Positions 32,145-45,057 of a stretch of 64,000 nt of DNA are shown in pieces. Position numbers and translations under genes: made by a program. The notes under the pieces were generated by a model, which saw only the letters and a list, made by a program, of their open reading frames with translations, was not told where the DNA came from and did not search any database. Every line of letters starts with the position of its first letter. Positions within the stretch are counted from its first letter, which is position 1. Source of the DNA: Epithemia pelagica. Lineage: Eukaryota; Protista; Bacillariophyta. The DNA lies in the NCBI GenBank assembly GCA_946965045.2, contig OX337238.1, forward strand, positions 1,674,001 through 1,738,000, read 5' to 3'.

Positions 32145-32997
32145 ACACCTCGTCGTGGTCATCTTCTTTAAGAATGCTTTATTACATTACAAGACCTGTC
32201 CCACGGTCGCATGCCATGTATATCCTTGACCACCCCACAAAGCAGTGAGGAGTTACTTGATAAACTTTCGTAAATTGTTGTTTCTAAAGTATAGTTTCGT
32301 CACTTTCAATAGTCGTCTACCTACCCGTGTCGCCTCACATATTGTACACTTGCAGCCGTCACTGTTTGAAGCTTGAAATACCAGTGTGGTAGCTTGGTGG
32401 CGACGAGAGCTGCTACCTCTCCTTCTTTAGAGGGAGTCGAAATGTGTGTGGTAATGCGCCGTGTATGTCCTTTGCTTCCGATTGGTTACAAGCAGCAAGG
32501 AGGGCACTCAGCAGTCTGTCGGAGAGTGTCTCTTTGTTGGCATGACACAACATATTCCGGCCCAATCTAACTTTTCGTTATAATGCACTCCTACGTTAGG
32601 AAAAGGACGACTAGAGACTATAGGAGTACCTCTAGCTAGTCCGACGAATCGAAGAATACACATAGCTCTTCCTATTGATGTGTCATCTTGTTTAGCGATC
32701 ACCCAGAAATGGGGGATTCTCTCAACGGATGGAACTACCGCTGAGATGTATAATATTTCCCCATCCGCATCCAGCTTGCGGAGAAAATTGTACAATCGAA
32801 TCATGTAAAAGCAACCGGCCTTCCCTGAAGATAGGGCAATTTCTAGCGTTTTGATGTCACGCGACTGAGAACTTAGTCACCGTCTGTTGGAGCCCCAGTC
32901 GCGTAACAAGGACGGGTCTCCAAATCGCCTCTCTCATTATTTGATTTCGAAGGGAAAAGTTTCGATCACCAAGGCATCGTGAAGATTGGCTAACACC

Positions 32998-35900
32998 ATG
33001 AAGACCACCAAGTTTCTCTCAAGTCCTCGTTCAATAGTCGCTGTCGCTGCAATCTTTGTAGTGGTGGGAGCCATTGGTTCTTTTATCTTTCATCCCCAAG
33101 GGGAAAGTGGAAACCCCGCTACTCTTCGGAACGGTTCCAAGAGAATCATGGAAGAGTCAAGCATCAGTCAATTGGAGATTGAGGATCGACGTTCTGACTC
33201 TTACTATGATGAAGGCACGAAGGCAATGGCAATTGGTTCCGAAGAAACTCTGAAACTGGATCAAACGAAAGACGGTGCTCTCCAAGTATATGGCCAACAA
33301 GACAAAAGTGTACCTTCTGTCAAGAAAAACAACGGGGCTACCACGAATCGTGTCGATACCTCGTTTGGATCCTTCATGAGCCTTTTTTTCCAACCGTTTT
33401 TGGGTGGTCACGTGACTAACTTACCATCTCCACAAGTTGCTGCGGGGCCATCTTCCGTCGTTGCCGTGATAAATTCGCACATTGAAATTCAAAACAGAAC
33501 AGGTGGCACGATCCAGTTCATGTCGAATCTGAACTCCATTTTCAGTTCTTTGATTGGTAATGAGGCCGTCCCTCTCGGCCCACAGATCCGCTTTGATACT
33601 CTCGAAGGCAGGTTTGTTCTTGTCGCCGAGTTCCGCAACTCAAGTGCGTTGACGTATCAGACTCTGATTGCAGTCTCGAAAACAAGCAACCCGAACAGCA
33701 CGACTTCTACTGATTGGTGGACAAGCTCGTTCAATACGTTGATTACCTCGCCCCAGAATGAGACCCTCGGAATCAGCGATGGATCGTTTCCGAGTGGACC
33801 CCCTGGTCTTGGGTTTGATGAAGAAGCTATATACATTACCCGAGAAATGTTCTCAAGCAGTGCTACCGGATTTAGCCGTGAACCACACTTGCTTTGGATC
33901 CTTAACAAGACCGCTTTCTACAACGGAAGTAATCAGACTGCTTTCACAGTCCACAATTTTGCTCGAAATACCCCCGCACCTTTTGATTTGAACGGCCGCT
34001 ACGTACCAGCTACTGTACGCGACGCAACTGGGATCTCATCACTTATCGGGACCTTTCTTGTGGCATACAATGGACTTCACATCACGGGACCACCGCCGAC
34101 ATCATTTATCTGGATGTTTCGAGTCATCACTCCGCTCACTTCCCCGATTTTCACGTTCTACTCGATAAATGCAGGACAGTTTGACACCACTGTACCTGCT
34201 GTCCTTCCGGATGCACCTCAGAGAAATGGTACTTTTCCCGGTGTGGATACCGGTGACCGTAGCGTGTTGGGAGCGGTGTGGCAGAACGATGCCTTGTGGA
34301 TTGTTTCTTCTTGCGTTGATAGCGACAATGAGGTGGCCGCCTTTTGGATGAAATTTACCATTGCCGGATTTGGTGAACCGAGCATTTCAGGTTTTGGTAC
34401 CATCAGCGGAGATGATATTGCTCCAAACACGAACACATTCTTTCCGTCTTTGGATGTGAGTCGAAGTGGTCATGCAGCGATTAGTTTTGCTGCTTCAGGT
34501 CCAAATATCGACCCCGGATTTTATTCCGTGATTGTTGACCCGGATGGAAACCGCGTTTTGGGAGGTTCCAATGAGGTTGCAGCTGGATCAGGGTCTTATT
34601 CCATTGAGACTGACAGTGGAAATCGATGGGGTCGTACGACAGGAACAGCCGTTGACCCTAACGCAACCAACTGTTTTTGGGCGTATGGTCCGTTTGCCTC
34701 GTCCTTCGACTGTTCTACACAATTCAATTCAAACTTTTTCGGCTGTTGGGACACTGCCTATGCACGCCTTTGTGTCCCGGAGCAAATCCCAACTCCTCTT
34801 CCATCGGCCGGCCCTGCGCCAAGCCCGACCGTAAGTCCATTTGCTGCTCCTACGTCAGGTCCCATGGCAAGTCCATCTCAAGCTCCATCGCCTGCCCCCA
34901 CGACAAGTCCATCGCCTGCTCCTACGTCAGGCCCCACGGTAAATCCATCTCCAGCTCTAACGCCTGCCCCCACGACAAGTCCATCTCCAGCTCCAACACC
35001 TGCCCCTGTGGCAAGCCCATCTCCAGCACCCACGCCTGTTCCTGTGGTAAGCCCATCTCCAGAACCCACGCCTGTTCCTGCGGCAAGCCCATCTCCAGTT
35101 CCAACGCCCACCCCTTCGTCAAACCCATTTCCGGTTCCGACTCCTGACCCTACGCCAAGCCCCAGCATTGCTCCTGCCGATCCGTTTGGTCCAGGTGCTG
35201 CTTGTCCGGCATCAACTTCTTGTTCACCTGACGGAACCTGTGGAAATTGTCTCGAGCCACGACCTTTTGACAATCCTGTGAAAGGTTGTTCTTGCAAAGC
35301 ATGTGAATGTGTGGTATGTGCGGCGGATCCCAATTGTTGCTCTGATTCAGAATGGTTTTGGGATGGCGGAGAATTTGGTTGTGCTACAAAAGCCGAAGAA
35401 CTCTGTGAATGCGGATCTCTTCCACCACCTAGCAAGTGCCCACTCCCTTCATCCTGTGATAACGGATCTTGTGGCAATTGCAAGGATGCTCGTGGTACAG
35501 AGGCTGGATGCAGTTGCAGTGGGTGTGAATGCCGGGTTTGCGAATCAGATCCTTTTTGTTGTGAAAATTTCTGGGATCGCCTTTGTGTCCAAAAAGCTGA
35601 AGAGGTTTGCGATTGTACGCCTGATATACCATCTGCAGCTCCATCTTGGATCCCTTCCTCGCTTCCCTCCTCAGAACCATCGTCCTTCCCCAGCGAAAAT
35701 CCATCGGCCAATCCAACCAACAGTCCATCTCAGAGTCCTACGCCATGTCCAGCTTCGTCGGGACCTGCACTTTCACCAGTTTTGGGCTCGTCTTCCGAAA
35801 CCCCGGACGGACCCCTGGCCCTTGCTGAGTTCTCCCTCTCGTGGCCGAGCGACAACATTGGAAGCTTGGTTGTTGAGTTGCAACAAAGTCAGACTCGTGG

Positions 35901-36081
35901 AAATTTTGTCTCTCTCTCGACCATCAACGTGCTTCCTACGTCGGGTATCAATGGAGCTTTTTCAGTCTCTATCCCGCTGACTCGTGTTGGATTGCATAAA
36001 TTTGTCGTTACGGCAACGCCTCAACTCAATCCTTGTTTCTCCACGGAAACAGGGACTTCAAATCTATTCTTCGTTCGTTAA
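32998..36081 (+). CDS. Large type II membrane or surface protein: bacterial-like extracellular domain, Pro/Ser/Thr stalk, two Cys-rich modules and a C-terminal beta-domain
   Basis: N-terminal TM IVAVAAIFVVVGAIGSFIF; QVAAGP...VAVIN...QIRFDTLEGRF...PGLGFDEEAIYIT; PSPAPT repeats; CxxVCxxDxxCC...W modules. Confidence 0.8.
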   Translation: MKTTKFLSSPRSIVAVAAIFVVVGAIGSFIFHPQGESGNPATLRNGSKRIMEESSISQLEIEDRRSDSYYDEGTKAMAIGSEETLKLDQTKDGALQVYGQQDKSVPSVKKNNGATTNRVDTSFGSFMSLFFQPFLGGHVTNLPSPQVAAGPSSVVAVINSHIEIQNRTGGTIQFMSNLNSIFSSLIGNEAVPLGPQIRFDTLEGRFVLVAEFRNSSALTYQTLIAVSKTSNPNSTTSTDWWTSSFNTLITSPQNETLGISDGSFPSGPPGLGFDEEAIYITREMFSSSATGFSREPHLLWILNKTAFYNGSNQTAFTVHNFARNTPAPFDLNGRYVPATVRDATGISSLIGTFLVAYNGLHITGPPPTSFIWMFRVITPLTSPIFTFYSINAGQFDTTVPAVLPDAPQRNGTFPGVDTGDRSVLGAVWQNDALWIVSSCVDSDNEVAAFWMKFTIAGFGEPSISGFGTISGDDIAPNTNTFFPSLDVSRSGHAAISFAASGPNIDPGFYSVIVDPDGNRVLGGSNEVAAGSGSYSIETDSGNRWGRTTGTAVDPNATNCFWAYGPFASSFDCSTQFNSNFFGCWDTAYARLCVPEQIPTPLPSAGPAPSPTVSPFAAPTSGPMASPSQAPSPAPTTSPSPAPTSGPTVNPSPALTPAPTTSPSPAPTPAPVASPSPAPTPVPVVSPSPEPTPVPAASPSPVPTPTPSSNPFPVPTPDPTPSPSIAPADPFGPGAACPASTSCSPDGTCGNCLEPRPFDNPVKGCSCKACECVVCAADPNCCSDSEWFWDGGEFGCATKAEELCECGSLPPPSKCPLPSSCDNGSCGNCKDARGTEAGCSCSGCECRVCESDPFCCENFWDRLCVQKAEEVCDCTPDIPSAAPSWIPSSLPSSEPSSFPSENPSANPTNSPSQSPTPCPASSGPALSPVLGSSSETPDGPLALAEFSLSWPSDNIGSLVVELQQSQTRGNFVSLSTINVLPTSGINGAFSVSIPLTRVGLHKFVVTATPQLNPCFSTETGTSNLFFVR

Positions 36082-36664
36082 ATGGACGATGAATGCAATG
36101 AGAAGAATGACAGAACTTTGTTTCAGTGGCTCGACCGAGTCGTAGCCTTTAATAGTAATCAGTTAGCGCGTTATTTACATGTATTTTCTGCATATTCCCA
36201 ATATTTTAGATATCTCGCATGTAGAAAGGTAGTCCACTTTGCAAATGTTCCCCAAGAGTTGGTTCATGTTTTGAATAACATCGCATAAACATTGCCATTG
36301 CGTTATGGCATGACTAAGGTACGATGCACTATACGTGCCGAATCGTGCAACGTTACGGGACTTGCCTATCCCGTCACAAGATGGCAAACAAAAGAGTGAC
36401 TTGGCGGGAATGCTACGCATAAAGCCTCCCACTCCATCGTACAGATGTCAGAAACAACCCAAAATAGAACGCCACTCTAGCAAGCTTACTGAGAGACACA
36501 AAATAGGAATAGAGAGAAACGAGTTTGTTTGGGACTCAACAAAACCACTAAGTTGAATGAAGATGATGTACCTTGTCTCCATTCATTAATACAAGAGACA
36601 GAACTAAAAGCACTGATGGATTCACGATAGTACTTGTGAGACTTATGGGAGATGGATTCAACAA

Positions 36665-39600
36665 TTACACAAGAAAAAGCCGCGAGCGTGCAGTTTCAGC
36701 AACGAAACAAAAGTTATCCTGTGGAGTGGCAGTGACGGAGAATCGATGCAATGCGCTTTGAAGAGCCATGACCGTCACCGAGTACACACCATTCACACCT
36801 GACGAGACTGTCGCCCTGACTCCTGCAACGGCAACATACTCATTGCGACCGGTATTTTGCTCCAAGACAACGGTCAAGCTTCCAATATTCTTCATTGGCC
36901 AATTCACTGTGAATCGAAGCACCACTTCCAAACCTGAGTTTGGATTCACCGACCCGACAAGCTGTGAAAGTGTTGGACTGCTCGGTGGACAGGCAGTGGG
37001 GCTCTGTGAAGGACTTGAGCTTGGAATTGACGTTGGTATATCGCTTGGCTTAGAGGTGGGATAATCTGATGGACTTGCAGATGGATTCATAGATGAACTG
37101 GGGGCAGCAGAGACAGATGGTTGTGACGAGAGAGTGGGAAGAAACGAGACGCTTGGTTTGCTCGAGATAGAGGGCCGAGCTGACGGACTTGCAGATGGAT
37201 TCATAGATGAGCTCGGCGCGGCAGATACGGATGGTTGCGATGAGAGAGTGGGAAGGAACGAGACACTTGGTTGGCTCGAGAGAGAAGGTGCCGAAGAAGG
37301 TGACTCAGACGGAGCAATACAGCTGCATAGTTCCTCAGCTCGGCCCACACAAAGAGAGTCCCAAAAGTTTTCGCAACAAAAGTCATCAACTGCACAGACC
37401 TCACATTCACATGAACTACAGCTGCATCCTTTTTCATTCAAACGCATTTCCTTACAGTTCCCACAAGTGTCGTCAAAACAAGTAGGCTGAAGCTGACACT
37501 CCTTCTTGGTGGTTCCGCAGTCACATAGAGTCCTCGCCAAGTCGGCGCAAATTTCATCCCAGTACCATCCCTCACTGTCACAACAGTCGGCATCTGCTTC
37601 ACACACGACGCACTCACATCCCGGACACGAACAACCTGCACCCCCGTCAAATAGGCGTGGTTCCAGACAATCTCCACACAAGTTACCAGCGCCGCAAGAT
37701 GTCGGTGCCCTGCAAGTGGATGGTGTAGATGGTGTGGATGGTGTGGATGGTGTGGATGGTGCAGATTGACTAATCGGAGCACTGCTTCGTTCTGTTGGAG
37801 CTGCACTCGGAGTGGAGGTCGGACTAACACTGGGAGATTCAGTATCATCGGAACATGCACAGAGGCTCTTGGTTAAGTTGACGCAAAATTTGTCTCAATA
37901 CCAGTCGTCTGCGCAGCAGCTTGGATCAGCTTCGCACACATCACACTCACATCCTGGGCATGAGCATCCACTTGAGAAGTTTCCTGAGACAACAGAGCAG
38001 TCTCCGCATGAACCATCCCTACACGCAGACGGTCCTGGGCACGACGATGGAGCAGCTGACGTGGTTGGTGTCGTCGTGGGAAATGCAGTGGGAGTTTCTG
38101 ATGGCCTGTCGGTTGGATTTTCGGTGGGATCTTTGGTCGGATTGAAAGAAGGAATTGATGATGGCCTGTCGGTAGGATTTTCAGTGGGATCCTTGGTTGG
38201 GTTAGACGTAGGAGACGACGATGGACTGTCGGTAGGATTTTCAGTGGGATCCTTGGTTGGGTTGGAGGAAGGAGACGATAATGTCCCGTCGGTCGGGTTC
38301 ACGGTGGGGGCTTCCGTTGGACTTGGTGCACAAAGACGAGCGTATGATGTAGCCCAACATCCAAACGACGATGAGGTGTCGCTCCAACAGTTTGTCGATG
38401 CGTACGGTCCATACGACCAGAAACAGTCGGTGTTGTCGGGGTCAAGTGATGTTCCTGTAATTGGGCCCCAGCTGTTTACCCGAGCGCCATAGTCTATATA
38501 CTCCGTTCCGGCCCTGACGACATCAGGGGGCCCTGATACGGTCACTCCGTCCGGGTCCACGATTACGACGTAAAAACCCGGATAAAGGTTCGGGCCACTG
38601 GCAGCAAAGCTTATGGCCACATATCCATTTGAATTTACGTCCATCGATGGTGCAAACGTGTGAGTGTTGCTCGCAATGTCATCACCTGGTATTGTTCCGA
38701 CTATGTCTATAGTTGGGTCGATGAATCCAGTGAGTGTAAATTTCATCCATAAGACAGCAACCTCATTGTCTGTGTCAACGCAGGTCGAAACGGCCCAAAG
38801 AGCGTCACCGTCATAACGGCACTAAAGATTGCACGAGCTTGCCGGTCACCGGTCTCCAACAGTTCGAAGCTGTCTTTTTGAGGGACATTTGGGATCCAGA
38901 ACCTAATCGCCGAGTCAACCGAACCAATATTTTTGGTGTAGAACGTGAATATCGGGTTGTCAAGTGGGTTAATGATCCGAACAATATAAATCAACGATTC
39001 CAATGTACGTGAGTTGCGAAGATTGTCGTATCCAATCAAGTATGTTCCAACAATGTTTGGAATAGTGGCGGTGCGCCGAACAGTTGCAGGTTGATAGTGT
39101 TTAAGCAAAACAGCCGAAAGACGACCACTTTCAAGCACAAAATTGTGAACTGTGAAAGCCGACTGGTCGTCTGCATTGAGATAGGCAGACTTGTCCAAGA
39201 TCCAGACAAGATTGTGTTCGTGGGAAAATGTCGAGAAAGAAACCATGTCTTGCGTGATATAGAAAGCATCTTCGTCATACCCAACTCCAGGAACAGAGTC
39301 GGGAAAGGAAGGGTCGGTGATGCCAAGATTGCTATCCGCAGCCGGGATGAATGTATCCAACGAATAAAACCACCAGTCGGCAGAGCTCACACTTTTCGGA
39401 TTATTATCTTTTGATACAGCAATAAGAGTACGGGTGATCAGATTTGTCATGTCTCGATCTTCTACAAAAAGAATGAACCTGTCTTTAAACGAGTCATAAA
39501 TGATCTTGGGAAAGGAAGGTTCTTCGACTGGGTTGAGCGTACTGAACATGTCTCGCAAAGAGGCTACAGGGAACATCCGAGTACCTGTGGCCTTGTCCCG

Positions 39601-40326
39601 AACTTCAATGTTTGAATCCACAACGCCGATCACTGAAAACTTCCCAGCCGCTGTGTTGGGTGACGGATTAAGAGAAAAGTGATCAAAGTCACTCAGCTGT
39701 TCCGCAAGGCCAATGTCAGAGTGCACGACGTCAGATACCCAATTTCTCGTTGTTGTACTCGTGCGCCGTGAGTCCTGTTCACCGAATACAGCGGGATCGT
39801 TCTCCCCTTCTTGATTGTTTAAGGAAGGGCGACGGATGTGCTCGGAGTTCTTGATAGGAGGTTGAAGAGCGTTGGACAGTTCTGCGACAGAGATGGAATG
39901 AATGACATCGTTGGCCTTTTGTTCTTCGAGAAGCTTGAGGAAAGACTGAAGGTCGTCTTTCGAAACCTCAGTGTCGGCTTCAACGGACGGCTCAGCAACA
40001 AAATTCGTGGTGCCATGAGGATCTTCAAGACGTCCATCCTCGGATTTCTCCTCATGGCTCATGTCAATCGTGTCAATGCGTTCATCCTGAGGGTGAGATG
40101 ACTCCTCATAGTCACTGGAGAGAAATGTCAGCGATTGACTAGCACTTCCAACGGACGATGCATCAATAGACTTCATGGTATCTTGTCTGCGAAGTGCAAC
40201 GGAATGAGCCTGGATTTCCGCTTCTCCGGTAGGATGACGTATCCACTGATACATGGTCGCGATGACGACAAACAGTCCAATGACAACAACCAAGTTACGG
40301 GCGTTTGCTCGAGGCCGGGACATCAT
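36665..40326 (-). pseudogene. Inverted paralog of 32998..36081 with a frameshift (~38816) and a nonsense codon (37895-37897)
   Basis: Three ORF pieces align to the plus copy; a 1-nt deletion in GCC GT TAT; WY*D where the sister module reads WYWD. Confidence 0.75.
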
Positions 40327-41101
40327 GGTGATATTCCTTGTTTGGGTATATTGCAACAATCCAACGTTTTTTTTAAGAGGTGACAAGAAAAATGAGGCCT
40401 CTTTGCTTTCCACGCGACTGAGAGTTAGCGATGAAATGATCACAGCTGGGTTTTTTCGTTTTGGGGGATACAGTGACACAACCTTTCAACTTTCAACCTA
40501 AAAGAGAAAAGAGTTTATTAGAAGTAGCTTAAAAAAGACGGAATGAGAGATGATAGAGAATGGAGAGATCGGTATTTATTACTTTCCCCAATGTTCCCAG
40601 ACTCCCTAGCCTTTACACGACTCCCGAGAATCGCAAGGTAACATGGGCCTTTTGTCCCCACTCGCGCTCATTCGCGACAGATGAGATGCGACCGTTGGCT
40701 ATGGGCTGCGCTTCACAGCTTCGAAGGTAGAATCAATGATTGATGGAATGAATCTACCTTCTCCTGCTTTCCATTTGGAGGTGCACCAACGGGCACAGAT
40801 TCCATGTGGAGGCCATCTCAGAGTTCAGTCGCGTACCAAAGGGATGACTAGTTATGGCAACGCGTCAATGAAGGTTAACAGCCCGGAATGGTTTTTTATG
40901 GATATTCCGTCTAAGTCATCTCCCTATTCCAACCCATAGAAAGTTTCTCGTATTGGATGCGATGAAATACAAATAAGACTGTCGACTTGAGCTGAGTACG
41001 CGCTTATGGATTGGTGACAGTTTATGGAACATGTGAAGTAAACAAATAAAAAATATGGAGGTTGACGAACCCCAATCGACATCGTCGAGTATCTTGGAGA
41101 C

Positions 41102-42835
41102 TCATGCCGAAGTTTGCTCATAGTCTCGAACGGTTTGTTCCAATTCGTGGATTCGTTTGCGTGCCGATCGCAATTCCTGACGGGCAAACACGAGACTGGA
41201 TGATACGACACGACCATGGGCTGCGACAGTTTTTCCATCCGAGGTAGCATGTTTCAACTTGGCGCGCGTCTCTTGCAACTGTTGTAGTAAATTGTGATTT
41301 TCGACTTGTAGTTCGTGGTTGAGCTGCTCCACGGCTTGGAATTCCGCATGCATTCCCTTCAATTCTTGTGATAGACGATCGTGTTCCTGCAATAGTGAGG
41401 TCAATGTGGACGTCAAGGTTTCAACCGCCTTGGATAGCTTCTTACGTTCATCTGTGTGAATGGTTATCTGCGAATCGGCGACGCGAAGTTTGACAGATGC
41501 TCCATCTCCATTGCGCTTGACCTGTTTTCGTTTCTGTTGTTGTTGTTGCTGCTGCTGCTCTTGCTCTCTATGATCCTCCATAAGCGAGTGCACCGCGGCC
41601 ACAAGCGATTTGTTGGCCATGGCCAGCGTATCACGTTCCACACGTAAGCCCTCTAACTGCTGTGTAAGGGATTCCACTTCGGTGGACAAAGAAGCAATCA
41701 CTGCGGTCAGTTCCGCATTCTGCCCGTCATCACCACTTTTGTTGTCCTGTCTCTCTCGGGGACCGTGTGTCTCTTGCTTTTCTGTTGTAGATTCGGTGGT
41801 TCCTTGAGTGGCATTTCGTTCTTCACCAAATGGGTCGGACCCACTAGCACTACCAACTTCCGTTGCTGTTCCGGCTTGCTCTGTTCCGTTTGCACTGGCC
41901 AAATTGGAGCGAATCCATTCCGGAGATTGGTTTGTGGTGACCTTCGACCAATCCACACATAGTGTATCCATATGTTCCTTGGCCATTGCAATCGCTTCTT
42001 GGACGACGGCGATGTCTTTGCGAAGATCGGCCTGGTTGGAGGGCGAGGAAATTGACATGCGTCGCGCGACAAGACTTTGCTTTCTGGAGAGTTTACGTAG
42101 GGCCTGGTCAGGATCCGGAGGTACATGGGAAGATTTAGTTGCCTCAGCATCGGTCAGGGCTGAACCAACGGACGTCGTGTGTTCGGATCGTGATCGAAGG
42201 GCCACCAGGGCATGAACGGCTTTTCGCAAATCGCGTTGAATGGATTCCATTTGATACGAAATATCCGTGTGAGAAATGGTTTTCAACTGATCGTGGGGGA
42301 ATGTATCAGTGTCGGGCCTCCCTGTCGTAGACATGGATGTTTCCTGTGTGGCAGCCAATGGTTTGGCAGTCTCTTTTGCTTGAGAAGCCTTTGGGTACAC
42401 GATATTTGTACTACTCTGAGTCGGTCGTACTGGTTGTCTTGGCGCTGGGGCGGTGCTGGCTCGTTGGTGTTTTGCTTGGAGACGAGACACCATGGAGTTT
42501 GTAGTCAAAGGAAGGGGTTGTTGGAGCAACAGAGGTGGGATGCACACATCACTAGGTACGTCGTCTTCGATTCCTAGCCCATTGACCATTTCGCTAATAG
42601 CATTTGCCGTGTCGTGATGTGGAGACAAGTCTCTTGGTGCATGTGTCTTTGTTGTGGTATTGGTTTTGCGATTCTTAAGATTGTTGCTCTTGTTTATGTT
42701 GGATTCGTGAGAAGAGATCTTCTGCTTGGACTTGGCCTTTTTCTGTCTCAACATTCCACCTTCGGAGGCTTTTGGTTTGGGGCTAGAAGCTGTATATACA
42801 GTTGTGAGAACGGTAAGATGAATATTGGATCCCAT
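41102..42835 (-). CDS. Hypothetical protein with C-terminal coiled coil (577 aa)
   Basis: Long ATG-initiated ORF; heptad-rich C-terminus (LSTEVESLTQQLEGLRVERD..., LNHELQVENHNLLQQLQ). Confidence 0.7.
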   Translation of the reverse strand: MGSNIHLTVLTTVYTASSPKPKASEGGMLRQKKAKSKQKISSHESNINKSNNLKNRKTNTTTKTHAPRDLSPHHDTANAISEMVNGLGIEDDVPSDVCIPPLLLQQPLPLTTNSMVSRLQAKHQRASTAPAPRQPVRPTQSSTNIVYPKASQAKETAKPLAATQETSMSTTGRPDTDTFPHDQLKTISHTDISYQMESIQRDLRKAVHALVALRSRSEHTTSVGSALTDAEATKSSHVPPDPDQALRKLSRKQSLVARRMSISSPSNQADLRKDIAVVQEAIAMAKEHMDTLCVDWSKVTTNQSPEWIRSNLASANGTEQAGTATEVGSASGSDPFGEERNATQGTTESTTEKQETHGPRERQDNKSGDDGQNAELTAVIASLSTEVESLTQQLEGLRVERDTLAMANKSLVAAVHSLMEDHREQEQQQQQQQQKRKQVKRNGDGASVKLRVADSQITIHTDERKKLSKAVETLTSTLTSLLQEHDRLSQELKGMHAEFQAVEQLNHELQVENHNLLQQLQETRAKLKHATSDGKTVAAHGRVVSSSLVFARQELRSARKRIHELEQTVRDYEQTSA

Positions 42836-44463
42836 GATTAGAGGAGAAGAATGTAATCGTTGTACTTACCTCCGCGCTTTGCATCTTTTGATTGTTTATT
42901 GTTAGTGTTGTGGGTGCCGTGCATGGTATTAAAGGAGAGGTATTGCAAAACTTTGCGACCAGGCGATCGACGAGGAACCGAAGCCATGGCTCCATCTTGA
43001 TCTGTCAGCGATGTCGTTACGGGAAGCACCCCTGTAGAACTGGCATTGTTTGGTTTCATTGTGGTAGTTGTGCTTTTGTCGTTCCCTCGAGAGGGTGTGA
43101 AAAGTGAATTGTGATGCCCGTCGAAATGGAACAAAAAAGGTGGTCAACTGGTCCTTGCTGTTTTGTCTTGTTTGGTTTGATCGTACGGGGAAACAGTCGA
43201 AATGGCTTTTGCTTTAGTCCTCGAGACAGTATTCGTAATTCATCGAGTGAGTTCGTGTGGATCTGGGACAGAGAGAGTGTAGTGACTCTCAGGCTCAGGC
43301 CCATTCAAACAAACCGGTCACACAAAGTAAGTAGAATAGAGAGCAAGCACATGAAATGGATGGGAAGGTTGAGAGAGGAACGAGCACATGATCGCCTGCG
43401 TCGTCCGAGCTGGATGGTCCCTCTTATCTACCGAGGGGACATTCGTATCCGATCCATTCGAGGACCAAGATCATTCTAAGTCAAGACAGTATTGTGTGAA
43501 GTGTGAACCGCAAAGTCCGGTTCATCGTCGAGAAGCTGGCTTGACAAATTCGTTTCCGAAACAGACGATAGGGGCAGGCGTGCGTTATACATGGGTCGAC
43601 ATGCGTTGTCTTAGGTACCCATAATCTTAAACAATATGCGGTCTCGCTCGCGGGAGCCATATCTCTGGGCTCGCAACCAGTGGCGAAAGTGACTGGATCT
43701 ACAAGAGGACGACTCCACATTCATCAACACATACACGAAGTCTTCAAGCAATGGTCCTCCATTGTTTGTGTTCGGACTTCGGACACTCCGACCATTTTAC
43801 GATGCGGCCGGATGCATATACTAAGTGCCATTGTAAGGGTAACGGGTAACTGTTCTGATGGACGACTTGTGTGTTTTTCGTCGAATCCTCACGGAGTCGA
43901 TCAAGCAAAAGAGTGACGTGAAAGTTGCAACTCGTCCGGTCATGATCTTGCGTTGCAGTTGGTAGGCAACGTTTTTCTTTTCTTTTGCGATTATTGACCA
44001 ACCTTTGAAGCTCTGGTTGCCGGGTCGATCTACATGGTTACCTTTTGTTTTCACAGTCACGGTAGTGCATCATTCTCCACAAGTGAGAATTTGATTACAG
44101 ATAAATTGCATTCTAGTAGGAAAACGTTCGATACAAGGTTTTGTATCTCGACCGTCCAAAGACACTATAATCACAGTTTTGTGAACCATCGTATGCGACA
44201 ATCCATAGCGTGGACTCGTTGAGATTTGGAGGAGTGATCTTGTTTCAAGTAGGTTCGTTTCAGAGGAAACACACTGCTGTCATAGAACCGCGCCAAGAGG
44301 TGCAAAACAAGAATGGAATGCAACTGGCGACTCTTTGACACCTTCACATCAGACAGTGAACAAGAATATTTTGATGCTTTGTCCATCACTATAACCGCTT
44401 GACAATCCTGACTCATTGACATCTGCAACACAAACATACAAAATCGACTTGTGCTTTTCCGAA

Positions 44464-45057
44464 TTACCGGATATTGGGTCTTCGTGAACTTGTGTAGGGA
44501 TCGCAATGGTTCATGCTGGAGTGCAATCGTGAAAGATTAGGATAACAGAGATCGTCGCCAGGATGATGTCTCCTCGCCTTGCTTCCACCCTTTGGGCGTT
44601 TGCTGGAACAGCCTCGTTTCTGATACGAGGCCGACTCATGAAATCCTCGCGACCCAAATGGTGCCATGGTTTCAGAAAAACTGTTGTGCAGCAGATTTGG
44701 ATACAGATTTTCTTGTGGAGTAATGGGCATCCAGGGGCCCATGTTGTTCATGGGTCGTGGTGGCCGACACGACGGTAGTGTTGGTCGTTCATACCACTTT
44801 GGCTGACTCAGTATCTCCATGTCGCTTGACGACACAACGATAAAAGTGGGAACTTGACCTGGCTCTGTCATTGATGGAGAGGGCAAAGACTCGTATGCTG
44901 GCGAAATGTATCTGCTGGAATATGATGCAGATGCAGATTCTCGATGAGACGAATAGAGTCGAGGACTTTCTTGTGGTTGGCGCTCGTTTTCCTCGGCTTC
45001 CTGGACTGCTGCTTCGTGTCGAAGTGGATGATTCGGCCCTTGTGTTGCGTATCCCAT
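44464..45057 (-). CDS. Possible low-complexity hypothetical protein or exon
   Basis: 197-aa ATG-initiated S/P-rich ORF with no recognisable motif. Confidence 0.25.
   Translation of the reverse strand: MGYATQGPNHPLRHEAAVQEAEENERQPQESPRLYSSHRESASASYSSRYISPAYESLPSPSMTEPGQVPTFIVVSSSDMEILSQPKWYERPTLPSCRPPRPMNNMGPWMPITPQENLYPNLLHNSFSETMAPFGSRGFHESASYQKRGCSSKRPKGGSKARRHHPGDDLCYPNLSRLHSSMNHCDPYTSSRRPNIR

Noticed and set aside
37895-37897. TGA recoding as Trp or an alternative genetic code
   Set aside because: Intact genes here end normally at TGA (e.g. 51700), the same copy also has a frameshift, and the in-frame stops are of all three types; these are better explained as lesions.
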